From a virus, in the IMG/VR virus record IMGVR_UViG_3300025636_000001, positions 52,878 to 116,877 of that record: DNA of 64,000 nucleotides. The stretch is one strand, 5' to 3'. The position numbers and the translations under genes are program-made. Shown here one piece after another: positions 40,698 through 51,361 of this stretch; the first letter of the stretch is position 1, and the number at the start of each line of letters is the position of its first letter. Under the pieces are notes generated by a model. It was not told the DNA's origin. It was given only the letters and a program-made list of their open reading frames with translations, and ran no database searches.

Positions 40698-42314
40698 TTA
40701 GAATGATCCTCCAGTTACTGGGTTTCTCATTACAATTTTTAATACTTTGGTTGGATCCTTCACCCAAATAGCTGGCATAGTTTGAGTCATATAAACTCTA
40801 TAACCATTAAAGTTACCGCTAGATGCAAAACCTTGAGTTCTTCCCATGTAGTCCATAGTACCATTTTGGTAGAACCACTTAAGTTGATTATCCCAAGATA
40901 ATTTCAATAAGTGAATGTTATCATTTCCATTTTCACTTACATCAAAGATGATAAAGCTATAAGAGCTTAAAGGACGTCCATCAATTAATGGATTCTCAAC
41001 ATCATTAGTATGTAAGTTGTCAAATGCAGGATTCAATACAAATTTAACATTTGCAAGGAAAGGAATAGTAAAGCTTGTATAAGCAAAACCAAAATCTAAA
41101 TCCATACCAGAACCTTTAACTGCACCAATTTCAGAAGCATTTTGAACTAATCCAGAACCATATACTTCATCAGCAATAGCTTTGTTGATTAATTGCATAC
41201 CACCAATACCAGTTTGTACAACTAATTGTCTTTGTGGGTCCGGTCCTTTAAATTCAACTTTACCTTGGTAGAAGTTGTATAATTCAGACTTGAACATGTC
41301 TAAAGTGAAAGAAGACTTGTTGTATACTCTCTTGAAAGAGTTATCCAACTGAGACCATAAACCTACAGATAATCTGATATCATCTGGTCCATCTTGTTTT
41401 ACTTTTCCACCTTTACCCCACATTAAGTAAGTTTCAATGTCATTTGCAATTTTGCTTAAGTGAGCAGCTTCCATATTAGTAACAAACGTTCTTGATAAAC
41501 GTCCATCTTCCATTGCTTCACGTGCACCGGCTTTACCCATTGATGCTACTAATTGCTCAATAGAAGATACAGAAGGATTTCCACTTTCATCAAAGTTTCT
41601 CCAGATTTCTGTTACAGGTACAGTACCGTCAGCATTTAAACCACCTTTGATCATAAGATCAGCACGGCTAGAAATAGAGTAATGTACATGTGCTTCAGCT
41701 CCACCAACAAAGTTGTAAAACTCACGGAATCCAGATCCAGTTTCAATGTCTGAGAATCTTTCACCATACTCACCACGCGCAGAACCTTTTCTAAAGAATT
41801 TAGTTCCTGGTGCTAAATAAGCGTTATCTAATGATACTGCACTATTATTATTTACAAGTTGTACAGTGTAGATAAATCCATCACCTGCAGGGATAATATC
41901 ATCTGCTGTAATGTATAATTCTAAACCATTATACTTGTCATAAGTAATAATGTCACCATGTCCAAAAGCTCTTTTAGACACTTTAATTTTAAAAGTAGTA
42001 CCGTCAATACCTTTTTCATCATTTGCAGGCTCAATGTCTGCAACTACAAAAGGTAGGTCTTGTGCAATTGGCGTTTGCCATTTGTACTCACCACGAGCGT
42101 TATCTACTAAGATTGTGTTCTTTCCACCAAAAGAAGCCATTTGATACAAAGGCATTTCTACCTTCTGGGTCATAGCCCAAAGATCAACTGGTCCCATATC
42201 CATAGGCTCAGAAGATCCAAGCATTTGGGTAAGGTGATAAGAATCAACGTGAGAACTTGCTTTATAAGCAGTATCTCTAAGGAAAATTCCATTGTTTAAT
42301 ACAGGAGTTGCCAT
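40698..42314 (-). CDS. Major capsid protein (crAss-like)
   Basis: 538 aa; order terminase-portal-acidic protein-MCP; YLMWGKG, GLWSQL, VQTGIGG, WVKDPTK; followed by a terminator. Confidence 0.85.
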   Translation of the reverse strand: MATPVLNNGIFLRDTAYKASSHVDSYHLTQMLGSSEPMDMGPVDLWAMTQKVEMPLYQMASFGGKNTILVDNARGEYKWQTPIAQDLPFVVADIEPANDEKGIDGTTFKIKVSKRAFGHGDIITYDKYNGLELYITADDIIPAGDGFIYTVQLVNNNSAVSLDNAYLAPGTKFFRKGSARGEYGERFSDIETGSGFREFYNFVGGAEAHVHYSISSRADLMIKGGLNADGTVPVTEIWRNFDESGNPSVSSIEQLVASMGKAGAREAMEDGRLSRTFVTNMEAAHLSKIANDIETYLMWGKGGKVKQDGPDDIRLSVGLWSQLDNSFKRVYNKSSFTLDMFKSELYNFYQGKVEFKGPDPQRQLVVQTGIGGMQLINKAIADEVYGSGLVQNASEIGAVKGSGMDLDFGFAYTSFTIPFLANVKFVLNPAFDNLHTNDVENPLIDGRPLSSYSFIIFDVSENGNDNIHLLKLSWDNQLKWFYQNGTMDYMGRTQGFASSGNFNGYRVYMTQTMPAIWVKDPTKVLKIVMRNPVTGGSF

Positions 42315-42366
42315 AATTGTTAATTGTTATTTAGTTAATTATTATTGTTTATTGTTGTTTTACTTA

Positions 42367-43653
42367 TTAAAACCTTTTAAATATGTTATTGCTTCTTGGT
42401 ATCTTTCTTTTTGTAGAACGTGATTTTGTTTCTTCTTCACGTTGATCTACTCCAAGAGAGGAACCTCCAGCATTAGCTTGCTCAGTCTTTAGCTTTCTTA
42501 CTGTTTTTTCAACACTACTTTGTGCTCCTTTATCCATGATCTTGGACTTATATCCATCAGGATCAGATAACAACCATAGTGCTTCAGAAATTAAAGTATA
42601 GTTTGGTTCTACAAACTGATACTTCTCAAGCAAATGACCTAACAAGTTTGTGTTCTTTCCACTAACAGAAGGGTAATTAGGTTGAACTAATCCGTTATAT
42701 AGCATAGACTGTGTCTTTCTATCAACTTTTAAATCACCCAGTGATCCTTCTTTTAATGTGTTATACACATTCTCCATATACTGTTGAGATGCTTTTTGCT
42801 GTTGTGCTTTACGCATCTCTTGTTCTTCTAGCTTTTTAGCTAAAACTTTTTCTTGCATCTTGTCCAACTTAGGTTTAAATTTCATAGCCTGTTGTTCAAG
42901 CTTTCCTAAATCTTTCCAGATCTCAATCTCTTCAGCAATCTCTTCAGCATTACCGTAGCCTGTTGCTTGCAAGTAGTCACTGATTATAATTTCTTGGTCT
43001 TTTTCTTTGGTAACATCTAAGCTTTTTTTTGTCTCAGCTTCTGCTAACGTAGAAAACAAACCTTTTAAATCTTGACCACCATCAGCTACATAACGTGCAG
43101 CAATTTGGAGTTCTTGTGGTAAACTTTCAAAGAACTGTTTAGGAGTTTCTCTTCTAACCTGATTTGCTTTTTCTTCCAAGTTAGCTTCTATAAGCTCCTG
43201 CCAATCCTTAGCAGAATAATCTGCTAAATCTTTATCATCATCAAAAGGAACAATTTTGTCTTCTTTAATAAGCTTTGAAAAAACATCACTTATACCAGAA
43301 ATCTTTTTTCTTCCTCTTGTTTCTTTTTCTTCTTTCTCTTCTTCTTCTGATGATTCATCATTAAATGCATCTAAAAAATCTTCTGCATCTTTTTTATCAT
43401 CATCACTAATTTCTTTAGACTCTGATTTTTTTTCAGTGTCTTTACTTGCTTCAGCTTCTTTGTCATCCTCCTCTTTATAATCAGGATCTGCAAATGACAT
43501 GTCTACTTTTTCTGGTTTGGTAAATATAGATTTAGGTTTATTTTCTTCAGGTACCGTAACACTTTCTGCTCCGGCTGCACCATCAAATAAGCTATCTAAA
43601 TCAATATCCACTTGAGCTACATTGCTCTCAACTGTTTTACTTTCTGTTGCCAT
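42367..43653 (-). CDS. Scaffold-like acidic protein
   Basis: Very acidic N-terminus plus coiled coil; between portal and MCP. Confidence 0.65.
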   Translation of the reverse strand: MATESKTVESNVAQVDIDLDSLFDGAAGAESVTVPEENKPKSIFTKPEKVDMSFADPDYKEEDDKEAEASKDTEKKSESKEISDDDKKDAEDFLDAFNDESSEEEEKEEKETRGRKKISGISDVFSKLIKEDKIVPFDDDKDLADYSAKDWQELIEANLEEKANQVRRETPKQFFESLPQELQIAARYVADGGQDLKGLFSTLAEAETKKSLDVTKEKDQEIIISDYLQATGYGNAEEIAEEIEIWKDLGKLEQQAMKFKPKLDKMQEKVLAKKLEEQEMRKAQQQKASQQYMENVYNTLKEGSLGDLKVDRKTQSMLYNGLVQPNYPSVSGKNTNLLGHLLEKYQFVEPNYTLISEALWLLSDPDGYKSKIMDKGAQSSVEKTVRKLKTEQANAGGSSLGVDQREEETKSRSTKRKIPRSNNIFKRF

Positions 43654-43692
43654 AATATTGTTGGTTTTTGTAATTAATCTTTCTTACATATA

Positions 43693-43704
43693 TAATATAC
43701 AAAA
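43693..43704 (-). promoter_or_regulatory. Recurrent late promoter-like motif TTTTGTATATTA (representative copy)
   Basis: Same motif upstream of minus-strand starts at 13375, 29472, 36736, 38088 (shorter) and 53404; variant at 25225. Confidence 0.65.
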
Positions 43705-43803
43705 CATTTTCATAAATAAACTTACAAAATGCAAAAAGAATTTGCCATTTTTTGCAGTATATAGCTATCTATGTTTTTTTTCTTTTAAAAGTATCTAAAA
43801 AGT

Positions 43804-46557
43804 TTATTTTTCCTTCTTAGAATCTTTAAAATCATATTTGTTTTTGTTCTCTCTTGCTATTTGTAACTGTTTGTCAGCAATATCTTTTTGAGCTGCAATT
43901 TTTTCTCTTTCTATCTGAAGTTTTGTCTGATCATTAGAATTTTTTAAAGTTGCCTGCTGTCTTTGAAAGTCCATTTTTTCTCTGTCTTTTCTATCAGCTC
44001 TAATGTTTGCCATTTCATCTTGGTAGTCATTAATCTTATTTTCATTAATGTCTGACATAGAACCATAACCAGCAGCTCTGATTTGAGCCACCTCTAAATC
44101 ATTCTGACGTTCTTTATCAGCTTCCATAAGTTCAAACTCACGTTTCAGTTTTTGTTCTTCAGCACTTGCTTTAAGTTGCTGTTCTTGCATTTCACGTTGC
44201 TGTTGCATTTCTTGCTGTCTTTGAGCTTCTTGTTTGCCCTCAGCATCTTTTAATATATCAGTTACTTCAGCAATAGAATCAGCTTTGATTATATTACCTA
44301 AATCATAAATGCTTGCTCCTGAAGTATTATTTGTAATTGCTAATTGTTTCAATTGATCTAATACAGATCTGTGATTTGTTTTAGTTGTTGCAAATACGTT
44401 AAAGTCTCTTAATAAAAGATCAGTACCATTTATAGTAAAATTAACTTTTTCAGCTTCTGAACTGATATAAGATAGTCTTACGCTTGGGTTATTGCTATAA
44501 TAGTATTGTGCAACATCAGTTCTCATTTGATGAACTCTAGGCATTAGGTGATCTGAATGCTGTGTAAAGTAAACTTCAGTTTGAGCATAAGATTGATTTA
44601 ATGCTTGCGTAACACCTGTTGCTGTTTGTTGTGCTATAGGTGCACCTAATCTTTGAGGATTAACACCAATTGCATCAAATGCTTGTTGTTTAAAATAATT
44701 AGCTAATTGAATACGTGACATTAATCTACCTGTCTGCTCCATGTTAAGAGTTTGATAATGATTAAAGTTTGTAGCATTCTCAGTATTAGTAATTGATGTA
44801 TCTAATGGTAACATGCTAAAATCTTTCATAGCAGTGTATGCCTTAGCATAATTACCTTTACCCCAATCTTCACCCATGGAGTGACGCGGTAAGGCATTTT
44901 GATCAAACATAATTATAGTACCTAACTCATCTACCAGAATATCTGCTATTTGATTATTTACCATGTTATATCCCACTTGATAAGCTTTCATTAAATCAAC
45001 TAAAGATGTTGATCTTGTGTTTCTATCTGAAAACACTCTACCTTCAACAGGTAATTTACAACCATATAAAGAATTGTCACCTTTAAATTGAAAAGGTACT
45101 CTACCTGGTTTCTTTTTATTAATACCTAAATAAATAGGATTAATATTATCACTTGCATTAGATTTCCAAAAAGCTGGAAGGTTTGGTCCTATCTTAACAC
45201 CACCCCATGTTTCATTAATCCAAATCCAATCTATATGTTCACCCTGCAATAATGTTTCTTTGTTTTTATTCTTAAACAATGAATCATCATATATAGGTTT
45301 TTCTGTTACTTTAAAAGTTTCATCAATGATTTCTTGAATGACTTCACCTGTTTCTGTTATTTTAGTAAGATGACCAACCTTACGTTGAGTCTTCCAGTAT
45401 ACAGTTGTTACTCTCATTAGAGAACCTTCACCCCAATTTGTAACGTCATCACCTTCACTTAATATGGAACTAATAACATCACCACCATATTCAGGAGAGG
45501 TGTTCCAATTAGAAACAAATTGTCTATAACCTAAACTTGGAGAACCTGTATTCCACTCATGTGATTTAGTAGCATCATAGTAAGCACCATCATTTTGATA
45601 ACCTGACACTTGATATGCACCTGATTTTGCTGGATATATTTCCTGCAAAGATTCCAGTTGTTTTTGATTCATCAAATAACCATACTTATCTATCACATCA
45701 GCAATGGTCATAAGATCCATTTTACCTGCATAATTAGATTGTGATATATATCTTGTATCTGGAGATTTTTGATAGAATGTAAGAACAGGGTTCCATAATT
45801 CTAATTCATAATCATCCTCAAGCATTCTAAAATGCCAGAACTCTCTATCCGTAATAAGCATATCACGGAAAGCACGTTCCTCTAATTCTTGCATTTTAAA
45901 TCTTTCTTCATCAACATTTAATTGATGAGATGCCCATTCCTCAACCATACTTCTATAATCCTTAGAAAAGAAGTCTTCTATTTCAGGTAATGTTTTAAGA
46001 TTTTCTGGAGAAAGTTTTTGTTGAAATTCAGGATCTTCCGGGTTGGCACCCATTTCAATCATTCTGAATAAAAGTTTTTCTTGTGCATCTGCTAATAAAT
46101 TTTCCTCAACCAATGCTCTTTTTTGTTCAAGCATTTCATTGTAAGATAAATCATCTACAGCTCTAAACTGAACTTTAGAATATCTTTTAGAAAATTCTCC
46201 TGATAGTACATTTACAACATTTGGTATGATTGGATAAAACTTAAGTTCTAGTGCTGATTCATCTTCTTTAGTTAATACATCAACTAAATCTTTATAATCA
46301 TTATCCTCTTCTACAATGTAGTCAGTTTTATCAATAATCCCTTTAGCAAGCTTATAATTCTTTAATAACTTTCTAGAATTTTGTTTTAAGAACTGCATAC
46401 CCTGCAATTCAAGCCAGTCTAAATTCCATGCAGCCCAATCTTCATTTTTCTTTTTTGAAGGTAAAAACTGTATTGGTTGTGTAAGGCTGGAAGTTGACGG
46501 ATAGCCGCTATCAGCTTTAGCACCGTTCTTCAATTGCATTGCATTAAACACTTTCAT
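43804..46557 (-). CDS. Portal protein
   Basis: 917 aa next to terminase; FYPIIPNVVNVLSGE, WINETWGG.KIG, IGVNPQRLG, Q-rich coiled-coil tail. Confidence 0.85.
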   Translation of the reverse strand: MKVFNAMQLKNGAKADSGYPSTSSLTQPIQFLPSKKKNEDWAAWNLDWLELQGMQFLKQNSRKLLKNYKLAKGIIDKTDYIVEEDNDYKDLVDVLTKEDESALELKFYPIIPNVVNVLSGEFSKRYSKVQFRAVDDLSYNEMLEQKRALVEENLLADAQEKLLFRMIEMGANPEDPEFQQKLSPENLKTLPEIEDFFSKDYRSMVEEWASHQLNVDEERFKMQELEERAFRDMLITDREFWHFRMLEDDYELELWNPVLTFYQKSPDTRYISQSNYAGKMDLMTIADVIDKYGYLMNQKQLESLQEIYPAKSGAYQVSGYQNDGAYYDATKSHEWNTGSPSLGYRQFVSNWNTSPEYGGDVISSILSEGDDVTNWGEGSLMRVTTVYWKTQRKVGHLTKITETGEVIQEIIDETFKVTEKPIYDDSLFKNKNKETLLQGEHIDWIWINETWGGVKIGPNLPAFWKSNASDNINPIYLGINKKKPGRVPFQFKGDNSLYGCKLPVEGRVFSDRNTRSTSLVDLMKAYQVGYNMVNNQIADILVDELGTIIMFDQNALPRHSMGEDWGKGNYAKAYTAMKDFSMLPLDTSITNTENATNFNHYQTLNMEQTGRLMSRIQLANYFKQQAFDAIGVNPQRLGAPIAQQTATGVTQALNQSYAQTEVYFTQHSDHLMPRVHQMRTDVAQYYYSNNPSVRLSYISSEAEKVNFTINGTDLLLRDFNVFATTKTNHRSVLDQLKQLAITNNTSGASIYDLGNIIKADSIAEVTDILKDAEGKQEAQRQQEMQQQREMQEQQLKASAEEQKLKREFELMEADKERQNDLEVAQIRAAGYGSMSDINENKINDYQDEMANIRADRKDREKMDFQRQQATLKNSNDQTKLQIEREKIAAQKDIADKQLQIARENKNKYDFKDSKKEK

Positions 46558-46559
46558 AC

Positions 46560-48749
46560 TTATCTAAAATTTTTATATGCTGATCTTTTTATTTTTGGAC
46601 CACCGTTAGCAGTTTTAATCCTTCCAATATTCTTGAACGGACTATACTTTAATTTATGGAATTTTTTTGAATTATCCAAGTAATCACCTGATTCAGATTC
46701 ACTTCTTCTTAAATAACCTCTATTTGATTCTTGTATTCTTACAAAAGCAACCAATGCTGCAAAAGTTACAAGCCTATCCACGTTGAGTCCTGGATAGTAT
46801 GCAAGCATTTCTTTTAATAACATTGGATCTGGTATTCTTTCTATACCTAAAGTTGTTTTTATTATGTTACCATCATCATCTGTTTCTTGATCTATTTCTT
46901 CTCTAAGAAATTCAATAGCATAAGAAATTAAATGATTTTTAAATAATGTACCTGTATTTTTCCAACCATATTCTTGATAAACAGATTTGTTTGAACCAAG
47001 ATCTTTTAAAAACATAATCTGTTGTTTTGGCACAAGATACTTTTGTTTCTTTTTAGATATCATATGTTGTATAAATAATGATATATTATTCTCAACAATA
47101 GTCCAAGCATTATACCATTCAACAATTAATTCTAATTGCTGATGTGTTTTATTAATATCATCATATCTACCACACCAAGATGCTACAATTTTACCAGGTT
47201 CTATAAAACGTTCAATACCCTGGGGACCTTCTCTTGTTATTTCAACAGAGTTCTTATATACAATAATACTACACAATGAATCTGAAGTAGTTGTCTTACC
47301 TTCTGATACAGGGTCAATAGATGCATAATAGGCACCAAACTCAGGATTAGAAACAGGTCTTTCCCATGTAACCAAACATCCAGTTTTATCTTGTGCTTTT
47401 TTACTTAATGGGAATTCAGATATTGGTAACTTATTTGATCTTTTAGCAAGAATACCATCACTAACTCTTTCAAGTTCTATATGCTCATATGCATATTCTT
47501 TCTCTTCAATTCTTTTTTGTTGTTGTGATAAAACACCTTGAGGAAATACTGATTCTTTTCTATAAGCAAAAGCTTCAGCAATATTAGTTGGTTTCTGAGA
47601 AATACGTAATTGATATTGCTCAGGACTTAAATCAGCTTTCCATTGAGCTCTTTCTGCTTTTATTGCATCAAGTGCTTCTTGTATCTTGGAGTTACCGTAA
47701 TTATCAATATAAGGGGGCATAGACCATTGCTCTGGAATAAATAAACCAGCTAGTCCAATAGTACCATCTTTGTCCATTAAATCAGTTTCTACAGCATATA
47801 TATCATTTGCTGTAGGATTCAATATCATTTGTTTCAAAGGCTCACACTGATCAAGATCCCCTACGGAACCTGCAGCTATAAACATACCTGTTGTTACCAT
47901 ACCAGAAGACATTGCAGGTCTAAGGTACTCATATGTTTTATCCATTTTAGGTGCAATACCAGCCTCTTCATGAAAAAAGATTGTTGTAGGTCCACCAACA
48001 CCTGTTGTAGCATTCTTCTCAAAAGATGCACCTTGTATCTTAGACTTAAGACCTCTAGATGTTTTTCTATTACCTACTTTTACTTCAATCTGCTGTTGCC
48101 ATAATAAAACCTTTTCAGGATTACTAGGTCTATACCAAGCAGTATGCTCATTTAAAAATGTTTTGTATTCATCAAGAAACTTCCATGAACCTTTATCATT
48201 AATGTAATCCTTTAGAGAAGCACCTATCTTACAAGTACTACCCTCTTCAAACCAATATGTATTAATGATCTTACCCATGTGAAAGTAAGAAGATGCAATC
48301 TGACGTTTCTTTAAAATAGCAGAATGCTTATAACTAAGCTCAGCAAGCATCTCATATAAAGCCATATGATATTGTGCATCTCTGACTTTAGCAAATCCAT
48401 ACTTCTTTTCCTCTTTATCATAGATGGGTAAGAAGTTTAACCACATGTAATAATCACGTGTTAAATACCAAGTAAGGGGCCCATCTTTATAGATAACCCC
48501 CACACGGCATTTGTTTTTTTGATCATTCCAGTAACTTATAAAATCTGTTGATCTAAAAGGAGCTGAACAATAAAATCCATCTTTGTTAAAATTAATAGCC
48601 TCTTGGTTAAAAATTAAAGATGTATCATTAAACTCATACAAACCAGGTTCTTTAAAAATTGATAATACAAATTCTTTAAAACTATCTCTTGTATCAAACT
48701 TGGTTTCAGTCCATTTACCAGATTCATATGTTGGAATGGAAATATACAT
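46560..48749 (-). CDS. terL: Terminase large subunit
   Basis: Walker A-like LKKRQIASS, Walker B IFFHEEAG, nuclease YASIDPV, IVENN, NVDRL. Confidence 0.9.
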   Translation of the reverse strand: MYISIPTYESGKWTETKFDTRDSFKEFVLSIFKEPGLYEFNDTSLIFNQEAINFNKDGFYCSAPFRSTDFISYWNDQKNKCRVGVIYKDGPLTWYLTRDYYMWLNFLPIYDKEEKKYGFAKVRDAQYHMALYEMLAELSYKHSAILKKRQIASSYFHMGKIINTYWFEEGSTCKIGASLKDYINDKGSWKFLDEYKTFLNEHTAWYRPSNPEKVLLWQQQIEVKVGNRKTSRGLKSKIQGASFEKNATTGVGGPTTIFFHEEAGIAPKMDKTYEYLRPAMSSGMVTTGMFIAAGSVGDLDQCEPLKQMILNPTANDIYAVETDLMDKDGTIGLAGLFIPEQWSMPPYIDNYGNSKIQEALDAIKAERAQWKADLSPEQYQLRISQKPTNIAEAFAYRKESVFPQGVLSQQQKRIEEKEYAYEHIELERVSDGILAKRSNKLPISEFPLSKKAQDKTGCLVTWERPVSNPEFGAYYASIDPVSEGKTTTSDSLCSIIVYKNSVEITREGPQGIERFIEPGKIVASWCGRYDDINKTHQQLELIVEWYNAWTIVENNISLFIQHMISKKKQKYLVPKQQIMFLKDLGSNKSVYQEYGWKNTGTLFKNHLISYAIEFLREEIDQETDDDGNIIKTTLGIERIPDPMLLKEMLAYYPGLNVDRLVTFAALVAFVRIQESNRGYLRRSESESGDYLDNSKKFHKLKYSPFKNIGRIKTANGGPKIKRSAYKNFR

Positions 48750-49033
48750 TACTCTTCTTCTTTTAAAATTGCATGAATATCCCCAACATTAATAAGTAAA
48801 TGCATAGCACCCTCATGCTCCATTTCAGTTGGAACACAGTATTCAGCATATTGTATTAAATCACCTTCATTAATTTCAGTAACTTCTGTACCTACACCAA
48901 TAACATAAGCTTTATACTCTTTTTGTATTGCTGAGTCTGGTATAATAATGTTAGTTCCCGGTACTAATCTTGTTACTTCTTTTGGTTTTACTAAAACCTT
49001 TTTCCCTACTGGTATTACTTTTGTTTTTATCAT
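48749..49033 (-). CDS. groES: Co-chaperonin GroES (Cpn10)
   Basis: PVGKKVLVK...IIIPDSA...VIGVG...EGDLI.Y...DIHAIL. Confidence 0.85.
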   Translation of the reverse strand: MIKTKVIPVGKKVLVKPKEVTRLVPGTNIIIPDSAIQKEYKAYVIGVGTEVTEINEGDLIQYAEYCVPTEMEHEGAMHLLINVGDIHAILKEEE

Positions 49034-49126
49034 TTTTTGTTGATTTATTATTTATTGTTTTATCTTCTTCAAAGTGTGGTTCATCCCAATAACAAAACAC
49101 CCATTTTTCTTTTATTTCTTGCATTA

Positions 49127-49645
49127 TCAAAGTTGATCATAAGCTAATCCTGCACCACCTCTAACTGAACTTTCTTGTTCTTCCTTCATATCACTAAATG
49201 CACCCTTATAAGAATTTCTTATTTGTTCAAATTTAGCGGCAGCGTTTACCATAGAATTAATGTTACCATCTCTACCATGTTCTATTGCTGTAGTTTCCAT
49301 GTATCTAGCCAATCTATCAAGCATTGATTTAATACCAACATAAGCTCTATATGTAGGTGTTTCATAAAGCTTTCTAGCCATCTCTAAAGAATACCTAATT
49401 TTAGCATCTTCTGTTGATTCTTCAAGACCTATTTCTTCAATTATAATATCTTCTTTCTCATGCTCTGGTAAATTAAAGAAAGGATTTAAATCTGGATTAG
49501 GACAAGACATGTAAAATAAATATTGATAAACACTCATGTATGTATCAGGATATTCATCCATTAATTCTTTTAAAAACTTTAAAGTATAACAATGTTCTGT
49601 TGGTATAACTTTACCGTTTTGTATATCAAATAATCTTACTATCAT
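49127..49645 (-). CDS. Conserved helical protein (possible terminase small subunit)
   Basis: Helical, ends VRGGAGLAYD; upstream of terL. Function is inference. Confidence 0.45.
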   Translation of the reverse strand: MIVRLFDIQNGKVIPTEHCYTLKFLKELMDEYPDTYMSVYQYLFYMSCPNPDLNPFFNLPEHEKEDIIIEEIGLEESTEDAKIRYSLEMARKLYETPTYRAYVGIKSMLDRLARYMETTAIEHGRDGNINSMVNAAAKFEQIRNSYKGAFSDMKEEQESSVRGGAGLAYDQL

Positions 49646-50457
49646 TATATATTGTCTTTATGCCACATCATTAAAGTTCTAACTTCATCTTTTAGATATG
49701 GTAAATTATACATTTTAATCTCTTCAATTACAGGTTCCCCATTAACGTGTTCATTAATTGGGTATCCATTTTTATCTGTACCAACTTGTTTAAATTTAAC
49801 GTGTTGAACAACAAGCTCACCTATTTTTAATTTAGGGTTGTGCTTTTTAATAATATACGCATAAATACTGAGTTGTAAGTTATAATGATTCAAATTACAA
49901 TCATCTAAGTGACTTACAGGATTATACATTTTTGATGTTATACCTTCCCAATTAGTAAAACCTTTTTCTTTTATTTCTTTATTTGTTTTGTAATCTGTAA
50001 TATTAATGTATCCATTTACAACTTCCACTAAATCAGCTTGCCCACACAACTGTGCTGATTTTAAATAAACAAAATGTTCAGGATATACTCCGTCTTTTAA
50101 CTTCTGCTCAGGAGCAGTTTTAACTCCGTCATCATCAACTAAAGGTTTGATTATAGGTACTTCAATACCATGCCTTTCAATAGTTTTAAAGTCTAGCATA
50201 TCCGCCTCTCTCTGATTATGATACCAGTTACCTAAACCTATTGCTCTTTGTGTTTCTGATTCCCATGCAGCTAGTATTTCTTTTTGAGTCATACCATACC
50301 ACTTAGATCTTTTATTATTAGCTGATTTTTTAGCCTGACCTTTTGCATCAAATTTAGGTTTAAACTTACCTATAAAAGATGTAACACTTGTCCAATCTAT
50401 TTTTTCTTGGTCATTGCTTTCATAAATATGACCTTCTTCTTTAAATATTACTGCCAT
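49645..50457 (-). CDS. PD-(D/E)XK exonuclease
   Basis: H.Y, SVTS, G..YH, PE, GQADL, DYKT, Y.LQLS.Y motifs. Confidence 0.85.
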   Translation of the reverse strand: MAVIFKEEGHIYESNDQEKIDWTSVTSFIGKFKPKFDAKGQAKKSANNKRSKWYGMTQKEILAAWESETQRAIGLGNWYHNQREADMLDFKTIERHGIEVPIIKPLVDDDGVKTAPEQKLKDGVYPEHFVYLKSAQLCGQADLVEVVNGYINITDYKTNKEIKEKGFTNWEGITSKMYNPVSHLDDCNLNHYNLQLSIYAYIIKKHNPKLKIGELVVQHVKFKQVGTDKNGYPINEHVNGEPVIEEIKMYNLPYLKDEVRTLMMWHKDNI

Positions 50458-50701
50458 CTATATCTGCTTTTAGGTTATTACAATCCATTGAACCACCTGT
50501 AGTACTGCTATACCAAAAAGGATGACCTGGTTCAACAGGAGTTATGTTTGGTACACCTATCGGTTGAAAAGGTTGTAAAGGTGTTGTATTAAATTTTTTA
50601 TTGGCCTTAGCTTCTGATTCAGCTTTTAATAAAACAATAGCTGCTTCTGCAGTTATCATGTTATTATCTAATAACTCTTGTACTATTTCTGTTACTGTCA
50701 T
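50441..50701 (-). CDS. Hypothetical protein (86 aa, start MTVTE)
   Basis: ATG abuts the stop of the upstream gene; LLDNNMITAEAAIVLL. Confidence 0.55.
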   Translation of the reverse strand: MTVTEIVQELLDNNMITAEAAIVLLKAESEAKANKKFNTTPLQPFQPIGVPNITPVEPGHPFWYSSTTGGSMDCNNLKADIDGSNI

Positions 50702-50703
50702 AA

Positions 50704-51006
50704 TTATAAATTTAGTTTTTCTTCTTGTTCTTCTGTCAACCAAGCACCCCATTTTTCTTTAGGACAATTTGATGATAAAGATCTTGTTTTAAATTGCAAA
50801 CTACAACCACATTCAGAACAACAAGGTTGAGTTCCGGGAGCTAAACAGCTACTTCCTTGATTATCAAGGTGTTCACAATTTAAACAAATTTTAAATCTTT
50901 CTTCTGCAATTATTTCTACTTCCTTTTTTGTAAAAATAGTATTTAAGACACCTTCTTTTATCTGATCAAGATTTTTAAATGCGTTTAGTAGTTTTTTTAA
51001 ATTCAT
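50704..51006 (-). CDS. Cys-rich metal-binding small protein
   Basis: R..IC..C...C..CGC....K......CP..KW. Confidence 0.65.
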   Translation of the reverse strand: MNLKKLLNAFKNLDQIKEGVLNTIFTKKEVEIIAEERFKICLNCEHLDNQGSSCLAPGTQPCCSECGCSLQFKTRSLSSNCPKEKWGAWLTEEQEEKLNL

Positions 51007-51361
51007 TTTTTTTCTGTTTAAAATCTGCTTTATCTTTTTCTACTTCCTCAATCATACTTTGCATTTTTTCTAACTCTTTAAGTTTTTCAGATACTGCAAT
51101 ATGCTTTTCATACCCTTTGTATGTTTGTTTTTCAATATTACCTAAAATACTTTTATTTTTAATTATAGAATTATTTAAAGCTTTTTTTCTAATTTTAAAT
51201 GTTCCAAGACCTGTTACTGTAATTGAAGGATAAGTTAGACTTGAAAGGTTCTTCCTAAGTTTAGCATAATAAAAAGTAATAAGTTCATCCACCATGTCAG
51301 GATGCACTCCAACTTTAAATGCAATATCTTTTTTAAAATTTTTATAACTTTTAGCTTTCAA
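50975..51361 (-). CDS. HU/IHF-like DNA-binding protein
   Basis: IA..VG....V...I...ITVTGLGTFKIR. Confidence 0.65.
   Translation of the reverse strand: MKAKSYKNFKKDIAFKVGVHPDMVDELITFYYAKLRKNLSSLTYPSITVTGLGTFKIRKKALNNSIIKNKSILGNIEKQTYKGYEKHIAVSEKLKELEKMQSMIEEVEKDKADFKQKKNEFKKTTKRI

Noticed and set aside
46560-48749. Intein or intron in terminase
   Set aside because: Continuous 729-aa ORF with expected motif spacing and no splicing signatures seen.
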